DNA of 64,000 bases from Bispira polyomma (Eukaryota). The position numbers and the translations under genes were made by a program. The stretch covers positions 33,108,001-33,172,000 of the forward strand of contig OZ287756.1 in the NCBI GenBank assembly GCA_965649765.1, given 5' to 3'. The notes under the pieces are model-generated. The model saw only the letters and a program-made list of their open reading frames with translations, did no database searches and was not told where the DNA came from. This document shows, piece after piece, positions 50,963 through 63,075 of this stretch (position 1 is the first letter of the stretch; each line of letters opens with the position of its first letter).

Positions 50963-52092
50963 TCAGTACTCATTTGTGGGTAAGCTGGATGATTTACACC
51001 CAATTGTTTCGGTGCAATATATGGCTGGTCTAAGCGTCTGTTTTTAGCCTCAATGTTTAATTCGTCAAAGCTATACTTCTTCAAAGCATGCACATTTATT
51101 TGACTCTCCCTCTGTGTATCACTGCTCATGGCTCTCTCAATGGCAGCTGCATCAAATGGTAGATCGCAATGCTTAAATATTGTTTTCAAGAAATGATTAG
51201 GGTTATCAATAAAATCTTCGTATTGTATACTAACAATATTCATGCCACTGGACCTAAAATCTATGTAATGTTTTACCAATGAGGCCCATAAGATTGAGAA
51301 AGTGTGAATGTTTGAAAGTATGGCATGCCCATTTGAGTGACCATGTATTGTGCTAGCTTAGATGACCCACGTCAAAGATGACATGCACGGGCTCCCAAAG
51401 GCATTTTTTGAGTTGAGCGGGCCATAGATTTACATACCGCTAATCAATCTCTGTACATGAACATCTTGTATGATCCTGGAACTATCTTAGAAACTTTGGT
51501 AACTCCACCATTGAAAGGGATTGCAATTTAAAGAAATATGCCTGAACGGCTAATAAAGCTAAGCAATCATGAATATATTGGAGCATGTCTTCTTCATTTA
51601 ACACTCCTGTGTTAATGCATTTAATGCATCTGGTTTAGAATAAGCCATGGAGTTACCTGTTTCTTCAAATACCTGTGTCACAATGGTAGACCCACATGCT
51701 GTAGTGAATCCTATGAATATCATCTTTGCTTCAGGCAAGCCCAGCTTTTGTCCTGAAATATTGAACACATGGATGGGCATAATAAGCAGGCGCTGAGCTA
51801 GCTTTCATTGTGACACCCTAAAGAATGATCCTGCATTAGACCTACTAGGATTGTCTTTTTTGCCAACCTCGATAAAAAGAGCTTCCTTTTGGTTAATGGT
51901 GTATAAATTTACTTCGTTATTCAGAACATACTCAGGTTCCACAAAACATCCATATCAGGTGATGAAGTTGCAGAAGATTTGATCATAAGATCTACTTTGT
52001 GTCTGCATAAAATATCAGGAACTGGTATTGAACCCTTGTAGGAATAAACATAACGGTTTTTGCAAATTCTGAAATATGTTTCACTGAAGAGC
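50963..52092 (-). pseudogene. Sulfotransferase-like pseudogene C (A-type), 5'-truncated with multiple indels
   Basis: QKLGLPEAKMIFIGFTTACGST, PDALNALTQ, HYIDFRSSGMNIV, QYEDFI in broken frames; homology stops at 52092. Confidence 0.9.
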
Positions 52093-52860
52093 AAGGAACT
52101 ATTTTATAGCATACTGGAGTACATGTGGAGACAGTAAACTTTAAACAGAATTGTGCACTTCGGATTTACCGATAGCAGTGTTTTGACCACCTCATGCATG
52201 ATTTGGCCTGTAAAGAGATGGTCTAACCTATATTTTTAATTTAGTGATTTAAACATACCATTTCAAGCTTGATTTTGTATAAACAGTGCTCCAACGTTAT
52301 ATATTTGTGTATTTCTTTCAGAAAAAGTGACTTAAAAATATAATTATGCCTAAAAAGACTAATGTGATGTGTAAAAAATGCTTCAAAAGGCATTTCCCAA
52401 CCACATGGAAGAAATGTCAGCAATTTGATGACGACCAAGACGAGGGCTTCACTAGATGGTACGGCTGAAGGTGCTGTGAGATAGAATGACTCAGATTCGC
52501 TTGGGGCATAGTCAGAAGAGGAACCAGACTTGCAAGTGCAAATACTACAGGAATTAAAGAAGGTCAGCAGTAGTCTGGATCAAGTAGAAGAACAAGCGGC
52601 TGGTAGTAGACATAAAGGAATGACAAAGCTTAGAGCTAAGGACAAATACCAGCTAAGTAACTTTCTTGTTCAAGTAAAAGAACAAAAGTGAGTATAGACA
52701 GTGCGAGTAAAGAATCAAGTAGTGATAGTGATTCACTGTGTAGCAGGTAATGTAAACTGAAATCAAAAAGGGGGGAAAATTTTGATGTTGTGGTGAAATG
52801 TAAAGTGGCTTGGCCTTATGAGGCGATTCTAGAGGGTTCAAGTAGACAAAGAATAAGTTG
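52093..52860 (+). mobile_element. Decayed YR-element 5' fragment (gag N-half) abutting the truncation of pseudogene C
   Basis: MPKKTNVMCKKCFKRHFPTTWKKC at ~52346, LQVQILQELKKVSSSLDQVE, KSKRG..FDVVVKCKVAWP; homologous to element 1 gag. Confidence 0.78.
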
Positions 52861-54702
52861 TGATCAGTTATCTCTCATCCAGTGGGTGGAGAGATTTTGT
52901 AGAAATATTTAAGAAGAAAAAATTATTGGAAAATTTATTGGAAATTAATTAACTAGCTAAACTTGACAGGTAGCCAGACTGAGAACTGACATGACTATGC
53001 ACAAGTTCAATTCATCCTTGAATTCACATTAATGCACCGTCTATAGCTTATGTAACATGTTTCATGTTTATAATATATGTTTCCATGCTCAAAAGTAAAT
53101 GACAAAATAAAATCTCAAATAATACACAGATGTTGTCAAAAATAATTTGAAGATACAGATTAAAGTTAATTTTAAAAGTTACACATACTTTTGTTTGATA
53201 AGTTTTGTTTCTATTAGTTTGATCTTAGACTTGCACAAGTTTGCTACAGCTTTGTGGTATCAATCACGGCAGTCAGTTTACTGGTGGTGGAGAGCAGTTA
53301 AAATCTTTTACCCCCAAAAGTGGCTAGCTAAAAATCATTCAACATTGCAGCACCTATCGAGTGGAATAGTTTCGCTACTAGTATTTGCAATGAGATAAAC
53401 ATTGCAGGTTTCAGGAAAAAGCTCAAAACACATTTGTATCAACTTGCTTGACCCCCTAACGGTCGTCACCTCATCAGGACTGAACTCAAACCATAAACCT
53501 TTTCTCCAATCGAACAATTCTTTTGCTTATTGATTGTGATGTGTGACATAGAGGGTGCCCTGTCATCCCCCCTGTGTGTTATAAAAGTAAAACCATTAAC
53601 ATTAAAACTTGGGTTGTGTATTATTAAATTATAAAACTCACGAAAAGGAATAGTCAGCAGGATCATTTTGTAATGCTTTCATTTGATTTTGGGTTTAACA
53701 TCCTTTTCAACACATTTGATATGTGCTTTGAATTCTTTTATTATAATATTTAGTCACAACTCGTGCAGTTTTATTATTGTATGACACATTTACAAAGGAT
53801 TTTTAAGAAGTCCATGTATGGCTAGAATGTATACTTTTCTTTTTGAGTCTGTGTATGTGATAATTTACTGACCAGGTAGATATTCCAGATCACAATTGAC
53901 AGATGTCCATGCAACATGTATTAACTCAATATGTGCAATTACAAAAAATAAATGCTTTAATTATCTGATAAAATTGAACATAAAATAATAATTACAATTT
54001 AATTTTAACCTAAAAGTGTCATTTTAATAAAATTTCAATGTTTACATTTATAATAAAGTACTAGAGCAACCACTAGACTTTAAATTTAACTACAGAAAGT
54101 GTTAAAAATCACCAAAACCCAAAAATCAGGGTTTAAGTTGTGCCATGAGCCCATTTATATCCTTTCAAACTTTCTTTATAATAGCCACAACATTTATTAT
54201 CACTATTCTTTTCACAAGATTTCTTCTGACACATACACCAGCATTACATTGGATACCAGTCATTAAAGTTTAGACATAATTAACTCACCATGACATTACA
54301 CTTTTATGTCCAGCAATATTACCTTTGATGCATGATAGTATTGACAGATCATACACTTTTCATGCATCCAATATTAAACGTTTTTAAATAATCATGTGAA
54401 ATTGTTTACATATAATACACTTCACAAATAAAAACAATTTATCAAATAAATATATTGTCAATACAAATATCATGCACCTAAAATATTATAGCGTTATTGT
54501 ATGGAACATTTGACCTTCCAAAGGTAATATTCGGGTCCAATCATAATCCTGTACATTTTTAAACAGAGAACGGGAGACTGTACAGATAAGATAAGCAGTC
54601 CAAAAGCACTACTCAAAGAATGTATCAAAGAACAAAACACAATGAACAGCATTTAATAGCGTTGATAGTAAGCATACTTAAAAGTCAAATTGACCAGTCG
54701 GA

Positions 54703-56034
54703 TCAGTACTCATTCGTGGGTATGTTAGGTGATTTACACCCAATTGTTCCAGGTGCAATGTATGGTTGGTCTAAGTGTGGTACATTAAAAAAGTCACAAA
54801 TTTTATCTGTCTGTTCTTTAACCTCAATGGTAAATTCATCAAAGCTGTACTTCTTTAAGGCATGCATACTTATTTGACTTCCTCTCTGTGAATCACGGCT
54901 CATGACTCTCTCAATGGCATCTGCATCAAATGGTAGATTGCAATGGTTAAATATTGCTTTCAAATAATCAGTAGGGTTATCAATAAGATCTTCATATCGT
55001 ATTCCAACAATATTCATGCCGTTGGTCCTAAAATCAATGTAACATTTCATTAATGAGGCCCATATGATTGAGAGAATGTGAAGTTTTGAAAGTACTCTAC
55101 AGTTGAATTCGTCTGATGGTATGCCCATTTGAGTGACCATGTATTGTGTTACCTTAGATGACAGACGTCCAAGGTTACATGCTAGCGCTCCCATAGGCAT
55201 TTTGTGAATTGCACGGGCCATCGATTTACATACTGCTAACCCATCTCTGTACATAAACATCTTGTACGATTCTGGAACTACCTTACAAAACATTGGTAAC
55301 TCTATCATTGAAAGGGATTGCAATATGAATACATATGCCCGAATGGCCTTTCCATGAACTGGTTTGCACAATAATGCTAAGCAATCATGAATATATTGAA
55401 CCATCTCTACTTCATTTAACACTCGTTTCAGTTGTGTTAATGCATTCAATGCATCTGGTTCAGAATAAGCTATGCAGTAACCGGTTTCTTCAAATACTTG
55501 TGTTAGAAGGGTGGACCCACATCTTGAAGTATTTCCTATAAATATAATTTTTGCTTTAGGCAACCCTATCTTTCGTCCTAAAATATTGAACACATGAATT
55601 GGCATAATCAGCAGGCGCTGAGCAAGCTTCCATTGTGCCACCCTGAAGAATGGTCCTGCTTCAGACCTACTGGGATCAACTCCCTTGCCAACCTCGATAA
55701 ATATGGCTTCCTTTTGGTTAATGGTGTATAAACTCACTTGGTTATTCAGAACATACCCAGGGTCAACAAAGCATCTATGCCAGGTGATAAAGTTGTTGGA
55801 AGCAGATGGTTGGAGTAATGGATCTACTTTGTGTCTGCGTAAGATATCAAGAACTTGTACTGAACCCTTGTAGGAATGGACATCATGGTTTTTGCGAATT
55901 CTGAAATATGTTCCGCTAAAGAGCCACAAAACTTGCCGACATAAATTATATATGCCATAACAACAAAGCCACAGAAAATGCTTGAGGAAAAGTAACCAAA
56001 GGGTCATTTTGAGATGTTGTTCATTCAGTTTCAT
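54703..56034 (-). CDS. Sulfotransferase-like protein, copy D (443 aa from the upstream ATG; 434 aa from the ATG shared with A and B)
   Basis: NTSRCGSTLL, SEPDAL, YRDGLAVCKS, RYEDL; closest to copy B. Confidence 0.85.
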   Translation of the reverse strand: MKLNEQHLKMTLWLLFLKHFLWLCCYGIYNLCRQVLWLFSGTYFRIRKNHDVHSYKGSVQVLDILRRHKVDPLLQPSASNNFITWHRCFVDPGYVLNNQVSLYTINQKEAIFIEVGKGVDPSRSEAGPFFRVAQWKLAQRLLIMPIHVFNILGRKIGLPKAKIIFIGNTSRCGSTLLTQVFEETGYCIAYSEPDALNALTQLKRVLNEVEMVQYIHDCLALLCKPVHGKAIRAYVFILQSLSMIELPMFCKVVPESYKMFMYRDGLAVCKSMARAIHKMPMGALACNLGRLSSKVTQYMVTQMGIPSDEFNCRVLSKLHILSIIWASLMKCYIDFRTNGMNIVGIRYEDLIDNPTDYLKAIFNHCNLPFDADAIERVMSRDSQRGSQISMHALKKYSFDEFTIEVKEQTDKICDFFNVPHLDQPYIAPGTIGCKSPNIPTNEY

Positions 56035-57013
56035 GCACTATGGTATAATCCAGTTTTTCTTATATTCTTTGCCTTAACACAGAAAAGAAATAGGTACATA
56101 TAGAAAATGTTATACAATGCAATATTTTAGTTGTGTATTTACATCTAATTACCACACATAATTGAGGTACAATTCAGACAACCCAGGTCATAAATAATAA
56201 ACAATCATTTTAATGAGGGGATTTTAAGTCTAAATTGGAGTTTGATTGGAGTTTGATGAAATTTCAATGATTTAGAGATGATGAGTCAGGTGATTAGAGA
56301 TTACATATCAACCATCATATCCACCTAGGTGGGCAATGCTATTATAAGTAGTAACCTTGGTAACCTTAGTAACCCTTGCCCATTGACAATAAATCTGACA
56401 CTCCTCAGGTGTGGATAGTTTGATTGCTTCCAACCAATCCATGAAGGCCATACATAATTTTTCTAAGATGGTGGTGCCCCTTTCAAATGGCAACGCCCTT
56501 TCAAGAATGAAAACAACATCGGCTAAAAAAATGTGTTATTGGTCAGGCAGTTATTTTTTGCCAACCACTATTAAATTTTTCCACCCATAATAAATTAATG
56601 CTATACTTTGTCAAAAACATCAAATGGTGAAATTAACGAGATTCAGTGGCTCACAAATACACAACTAACCAACCTGAACCAGCATTAGTTAAGAATCCAA
56701 AAGCACAGTAGTTACAGCAATACTCAGAAGTATCTAAAACTGAACAATATATATCCTCTAATGTTTCTCCATCAGTGGCCCTCAACATATGTAAATCAAT
56801 AATGGCACAGATACTCGTTTATCACATGATTAAGGAGGCTTGTGTACATAAGATACACTATCCCCAAAAATCATTAGCCTGTTAAACAACACGTACTTAC
56901 CATTTCGATTTTTTTAGTTACAATTTAATAGCAAAAACAAAATTTATTCACCTTTCCACTCTACATTTGTTTGATTTGAATAAAGAAACTTATAAAAATT
57001 AATTAATTTTTAT

Positions 57014-57340
57014 CCCTTGTGGTCTAGTGGTTAGGGAGTTGGTCTGATGATCAGATAGTCCCAGGTTTGACTAGTGGTACCGGCCGCTAGTTTAATATAA
57101 TGGAATAATATCCTTAGGCAAAATGTCAAGATGACTCGGATAACCGCTTAAAATGGCTTTCTATCATTCTATCCAGTAGGAACTGAAAGACACATGGAAG
57201 ACACATGCTTTGTTACTAAAAACTACTAAAACCAAAAATTAAATTCATGCTATAGATTAACACTAAAGGCACCGTTTCCCCAATGAACACTGAAGGTAAA
57301 GTCCACTAGATTATTCAAATATTCACATAACACAAACCTT
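57014..57340 (+). mobile_element. tRNA-derived SINE
   Basis: A box TGGTCTAGTGG, B-box-like GGTTTGACT, followed by a non-tRNA body (atccttaggcaaa, ccgcttaaaatggc). Absent at the paralogous B site (~39795). Confidence 0.6.
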
Positions 57341-58611
57341 TATTAAGAGAAGTTAGTTGGGTAAAACTAATGCATGACTTACTGCTGTATATAATAGTTA
57401 TGTTTTCCCTTTATTTTTGCTTGTATCAACACAATTACTTAGGGGCAATTTTTTTAATTTACATGGACCATCCTCACCTTTCCACAATACCAACGGATGT
57501 GTGTGAGAGTTGGAACGTTTTGGAGGAAAGTGTACCATTACAAAGTTTAACCATGTCAGTAAGAATAGAAGCACATTCATTGATTATAATATATATAGTA
57601 TATACGACTCATATTTTTTGTGTGATAACTGAAGCACATAAAACGTACTATACTTTGCCCACGTACTTGTAAATATATCAGCGATCTATTATGATGAAGT
57701 TGGTCTTTTTTCTGGTATCTGATATATGATATAAAAACAAATCTAATAGACAAAGACTTTAGCAAGTATAGACCTTTTTGCATAGAGTCACAGATGTAAC
57801 CATAATAGAATATCCCACAATATTCACAGGTAATGTTTTGGTAGTCAATCTACAACTGTGCGGCTACAGATTAGCTATTTGTTTTTGTAGATCAGTTAGT
57901 TATAGTAATACAAAATAAAAATGAGTGTTTTATGCACATTTTAAAAGGATCCAATGGTTGGGTTTAATGCACGAAGCCCAAAGGCATTCTGTCGCAGAAA
58001 CATAAATTACGTAGAATTTAGGTACTTTGACTCTGACCTCAAAGAGTTAGGCAATTTTGCAGCAATTTTAATGCGATTTGGGTGCAATTTTAAGGCGATT
58101 TTCAAAAAAAAAAAATAAAATATTGCAGATTATTTGTTAAAAGATAAGATTTTAAAGGAGGTAAAAATTCCATGGTCAGAAAGCTTTTTTATTGCGATTA
58201 CTGTGCTTTTTGTGTCATTAAAATCTGCTGAGAAATAGCTGAGATATTTCCATAATTTGGTTTTGTCTTTTACTTAGCCCTACATGATCTTATATGTCAC
58301 TTTAAACACATTAACATTGTCACAGGTCATATTTCATATTTATAAATACTTTGTTATACATGTATGTAATCAATTCTTAATCAACAATGAAGCAATTAGT
58401 TAAACTAAATTTCCTTACACTAAGAAACTTTGACAATTTTCTTTTTAACCATTATCTTTCTGGAGTCCATGGATGAAAAACCTTCAAAGTGTGATGCTAT
58501 ATTGTAATACATTTGTTCTCGTAAAAAATGATAGACTGTATAAATGCATACAAAGTGAAATTTATATTCGATTAATTGGTTTGGACAAACTGAATTTACA
58601 TCACACACTGC

Positions 58612-61600
58612 ATAGCAAGTCCACTTTAGGAGACTGCTAGTTCAGTCCAATCCCACTTTATTATAACACTACCTTGTGAATGCCAGAGCATTATCCAACT
58701 GTCTGTCCTAATGCAGCTATGTCCAATCACAGTGCTAGCTACTAGTGACCCCTAAGCTAACATAGCTATCCTCCAAATTGAATTTGTATTTTTACCTGTG
58801 AACAGGACATTGAAGAGAATTGTAATTTTAAGCACATACTTTTACTGAATCGTTTTTATTTCTACTTTTTATTATTTTTATTACTATTTAACGTGGTATG
58901 TGAACTACTAGTTGATTGTGCAATATAGGAAGAATAAAAGTAACACCCGTGTTGAGTGCGTGAAAGAGGACTACAAGAACAGCTTCTACAAGGAAAGCTA
59001 AGAAAGGGGGAGCCAGTCAGGTAATTACGAGTACTCATGACCAAATAGAACTCTCTAACGTTGCTGGTGTTTTCACCATGTCTCCCTCTCTAGATCATTG
59101 TTTGCTAGCTAATCCAGATGGACTACCCGGTCATGCTGAATTTTCACCCCAGGCGATGACCCAGTACCCCAACTGCAAGCCGAATCCCAGAATATGTCCG
59201 AGATGTTGACGATATTACGTAGCCTGGAGAACTCCAATGCAAGTATAACCAAATGGCTTCAACTCATTGAGGACAGGCAGGAACTGTTACACCTGCCAAT
59301 TCTCTGTTGCATGCGATGAGAGATATTACGGTGGTCCAACAGAGAAACGAGGGTTATTCTCTACCGCTCCCCCCCCCCCAGGTACAATGGGGTCGTGCAA
59401 CATCAACAAGTTCCACTACCGGTTCAATCAACAACAGAACACATTTCCAACATGAAGGGCATCATTCCCAATCTGGATGCACTGGGATCCTTCCGTCACG
59501 TGCAGGCGGCTGATACCAGGCAGCTTGCGGACTACGAGGTCCTGGCTCAGAGGGGCCTAGCTCAGGGTAAGCATACAGTAAAGCAAAAATCTGGGCATTT
59601 TAATTCCATTACATTCGCCGACCCCAAACTCAGATGGTCGAATGGAGGTTGGGGTTGGGGGTCAGCTAGTCGCAGGCCAGCTTTTGATGACCTCACAATG
59701 CCACAGTGGGCAGCAGGCCAGCTGGCCAATGCACTACAAGTAAGTGACCCAAAGCTATGGTGAACCAAATGGGACACTCTCTGTAGGATGCAGCCACACT
59801 ACCATGACGTGTAGTCAGGACAGCCTGGGCCCTCAGTATGCATGAGGCTGAGGAGAGCAGGCTGTCCTGGCAGGACAACAAATGATGTGCATTGAATTGT
59901 ATCAGTGCCTCTCAAACTGGTCCCATTGTACTCACCAGGAATAGAGACAGGCGTTTTTCAGGTTATTTCTACATGTTTCATGATGTGACTGTTGTTAGCT
60001 TTATTTATACTAGTGCTGAATTTCCACTCAGCCAAGAGCTTTGTATTATTCAAATTTTTCAAACCATAATTGTGATTCAGGCCGTTTTATTTAATGTCAC
60101 TGATGACAGCAATGTGGAAATACACCACCAAACTGTGGCTGAATGAGCAGCTGATTCATTTTATTATTTTAAAAGGGATAATACTTCTATCAAACGTCAA
60201 ACGATGACTTTACCCAAATGGTCGGCAATGTTCAAAACAAGTAAGGGTTATAACAAAGAAGTTAAGGACAATAATGACCCAGATAAAACAATGGGTTTCT
60301 TAGTATTTTCCTTAGTATTGAATTTACATTTATAGGACCTGACAGACCACCTTGAAAAATTGGCCTTTGTCATCAGGGATACTGCACTCCCCAATTATAG
60401 ACTATCTAGAGTGCCCCTCCTATCAGGACTAAACATAGATGCTTGGGAAGATATTTTTAAAGATTACCCTGACAAACTGCTTTGTTAGTATATAAAATTT
60501 AATTTTCCGTTTTCCCTTACAAATCCTGAAAATCTTAACAATTATGTTACTAATCACTATTCTTCCCTCCAGCACACAAGTAGTGTTGAAGAATATTTGG
60601 ATAAAGAAAGAAATAAGGGTGCCATGTTTTGCTATTCGACGACTACATTTGGATCCCCCCAGGGTTATGAAATTTTGACTAAACTGCTGGATTATCTAGG
60701 TCTTCCCATGAACATGAACAAATGCACTCCACCTACGAGATGTATGCCATGCCATATTTTAATGTTTTCAGCAGAGTTGACCATAGTTCACTTTGAAATG
60801 CTAAACGCTATTCTTGCGTTGTGCATTTTGGCGTTAAAGTGGGGGCATCAACGTATTTTGTTTCACTGTGAAAACAAGGCCGTAGTACTAGTTGGGAACA
60901 CACAAAAAATACAATTTTCCTGCTTAATGCTTGAGGAACATTTCGCTTATAGCAGCAACTTAACCATTAATATACAACACATCCCAGGGATAAATAGTGT
61001 TATTGCAGATGCACTTTAAGTCTATTTTCAGATAAACCTTCCAATGCAGACTTAACTTTTAAACTACAGAATTGTTACAAATGGATCCTTTAAAATACAT
61101 TGTCCTGGCATCATCTGTGTAATTTCATGTTCTACCAGTTCCACTCACACACTCATTCAGTCAGCTTGCAACAGAATTGGCTTAGCACTACAACCAAATG
61201 CAACATCAGCTTACCAATTCAAGACATTCCTAGCTTTTTTACATGTTGCAGGCTTGAAACACATTAACGTTTCATCAGTTCTGGCCTTTTCAGAATACTT
61301 GGTACAGAATAGCGTTTCACCGTCTGTGATTGGCAATTGCCTTTCATCACTCTAATTCATGGCTAACAAACTACATTGGAACATGTCTCCATTCACACAC
61401 AATTCTGTTTCTTTGTTCACTAGGGGTATCACCATTAACCCCACTTTACGGCCTGAACCCAAGGCATTTTTAGACACAATTGACAGATATATTAAGCGTG
61501 TCAAATATTGCTAGATCCAGTACTTTTAGGGCCATATTTCTACTAGCCTATTTTGGCTTGTTGAGGTTGTCCAACTTGGCATCTCATTCTAGGGTATCAT

Positions 61601-61700
61601 TTGACCCATCTAGGCCCTAGGACAATATTTTTGGTTCACCTGGGGTTCACATTTTTTGGGAATGGGAAAAAATTCCTTCACTCAAGAATCAGATATTGTG
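58612..61700 (+). mobile_element. Heavily decayed YR retrotransposon, element 3 (same family as 9.0-10.8 kb)
   Basis: gag (FDDLTMPQWAAGQL), RT remnants, RNase H (IVHFEMLN, HCENKAVV, HIPGINSVIADAL), YR remnants 61150-61680 similar to 9340-9860. Confidence 0.8.
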
Positions 61701-62358
61701 TCTACCACTGTTTGCAGCCAACTTACCATCATTTCGCTCAGTGATAGAAACACAAATAAAGGTAAAACACTATAAACAACTTCAGGGGACAAACTTCCCT
61801 GTTTATTACAAACATAATAAAATACTTGATATGTCAGTACGTAAACAATATCAGGTGCTTAGCGACCTTACAATAATGAGATGACATTTGTAGAAACCAT
61901 ACATGTTACCAAGCTGTAACCATTATGTATGCTATTATTCGTTGGACCAGCTCAAAGCCTGGTAAAAATCAATTCATAAATGCCTCCCCTGGGACACCCG
62001 GTTTGAATTATGGAGAGCAAAGACACGCTAACATCACGTGGGTTTGACCTTCTCAAAATTTAATATTAATGTATAATTGTTCAAATTGAAAATAAGACTG
62101 TGTTCAAATGATTGCATTCATAACAGCAACAGGACCACAGGCTTTGGACGCCAAATCGCCTAGCAGGACAAAATCCAACCTGTTAGAGCCCCTTATTCAA
62201 CTCTGGAACCCCAGTGGTGAACTCAGAGAAGGATTCCCCCACCCTCACGGCTCGAAGCCTGGCTGTCATGATGCAATCAATTTGTCACTTAAAAAACTTA
62301 AAAATGTCACCAATTGTTATTGATGTGAGTAAAGCTGTGGTAAAGGGGAGGTGGTGGG

Positions 62359-62502
62359 TTACAATTTTCTTTAATGTCCTGTTTACAGGTGAAAATACAA
62401 ATTCAATATAGAGGATAGCTATGTTACCTTAGGGGTCACTGGTAGCTAGCCCTGTTATTGGACAGAGCTGCAGATCAACAGACAGTTGGATAATGTTCTG
62501 AC
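62359..62502 (-). repeat. Inverted copy of 58681-58826 (YR-element 5' repeat)
   Basis: The reverse complement aligns over ~145 bp (cattatccaactgtctg...gtgacccctaag...catagctatcctc...acaggacatt...aattgtaa). Confidence 0.88.
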
Positions 62503-62699
62503 ATAAACTTATACAAATGATAATGTATTTTTTTCTCTTTTGGTGATATTTTATCATTGGTTTTAATCCAAAGTTAGGTGTAACCGAGGGGTTTTTACTA
62601 TTCTTTAAAAACTTTATTTGGATTCTTGGCTAGTTCTCTGCCTTTGTTACCCATTTTTATTTTATGTTTTAGCCTTCATAGGGCTTGCATCAAACTTAC

Positions 62700-63075
62700 C
62701 TTCCAACTTACATATTATCTTATTACAATTGTGCAGAATATTACACCTGCCAGTTTTGATTCAAAGTGGAAGTTTTCGAGACCGAAATTGTAATAATAGT
62801 GACCTTTGATATCTTGGTAAACAACTTTTTATATAGAATTCAGTAGTAACATTTGTTTCAAATAACTTCAGTGTTCGAAGTTTTGGTTAGAAATAACCTC
62901 CTGTTGCCAAAAATAGTTGGTCCATGTCCTGCAATTTCAGGATATTTCTGACATCAGAACACCATTTATCTCGATAGGGGCTGGCATGACCCCATTCAAA
63001 GGTTATCCTAGTTAACCTAGAATTGTTCATATTTAGAATTCTGTTCTCAACCCATAAATACTGATAAAACGTCAT
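62700..63075 (-). mobile_element. Decayed non-LTR retrotransposon C-terminal fragment (RTE-X/CR1-like)
   Basis: NRILNMNNSRLTRITFEW, PKLRTL, RSLLLQFRS..LPL.IKTGR. Confidence 0.55.

Noticed and set aside
57014-57085. tRNA gene
   Set aside because: A and B boxes are present but there is no convincing cloverleaf, and it runs into a SINE-like body with a decayed paralog at 27121.
61100-61145. YR splice acceptor in element 3 and near 9310
   Set aside because: Both read ...(C/T)ATGT rather than AG|GT at the expected place; too decayed to count for or against the splice model.
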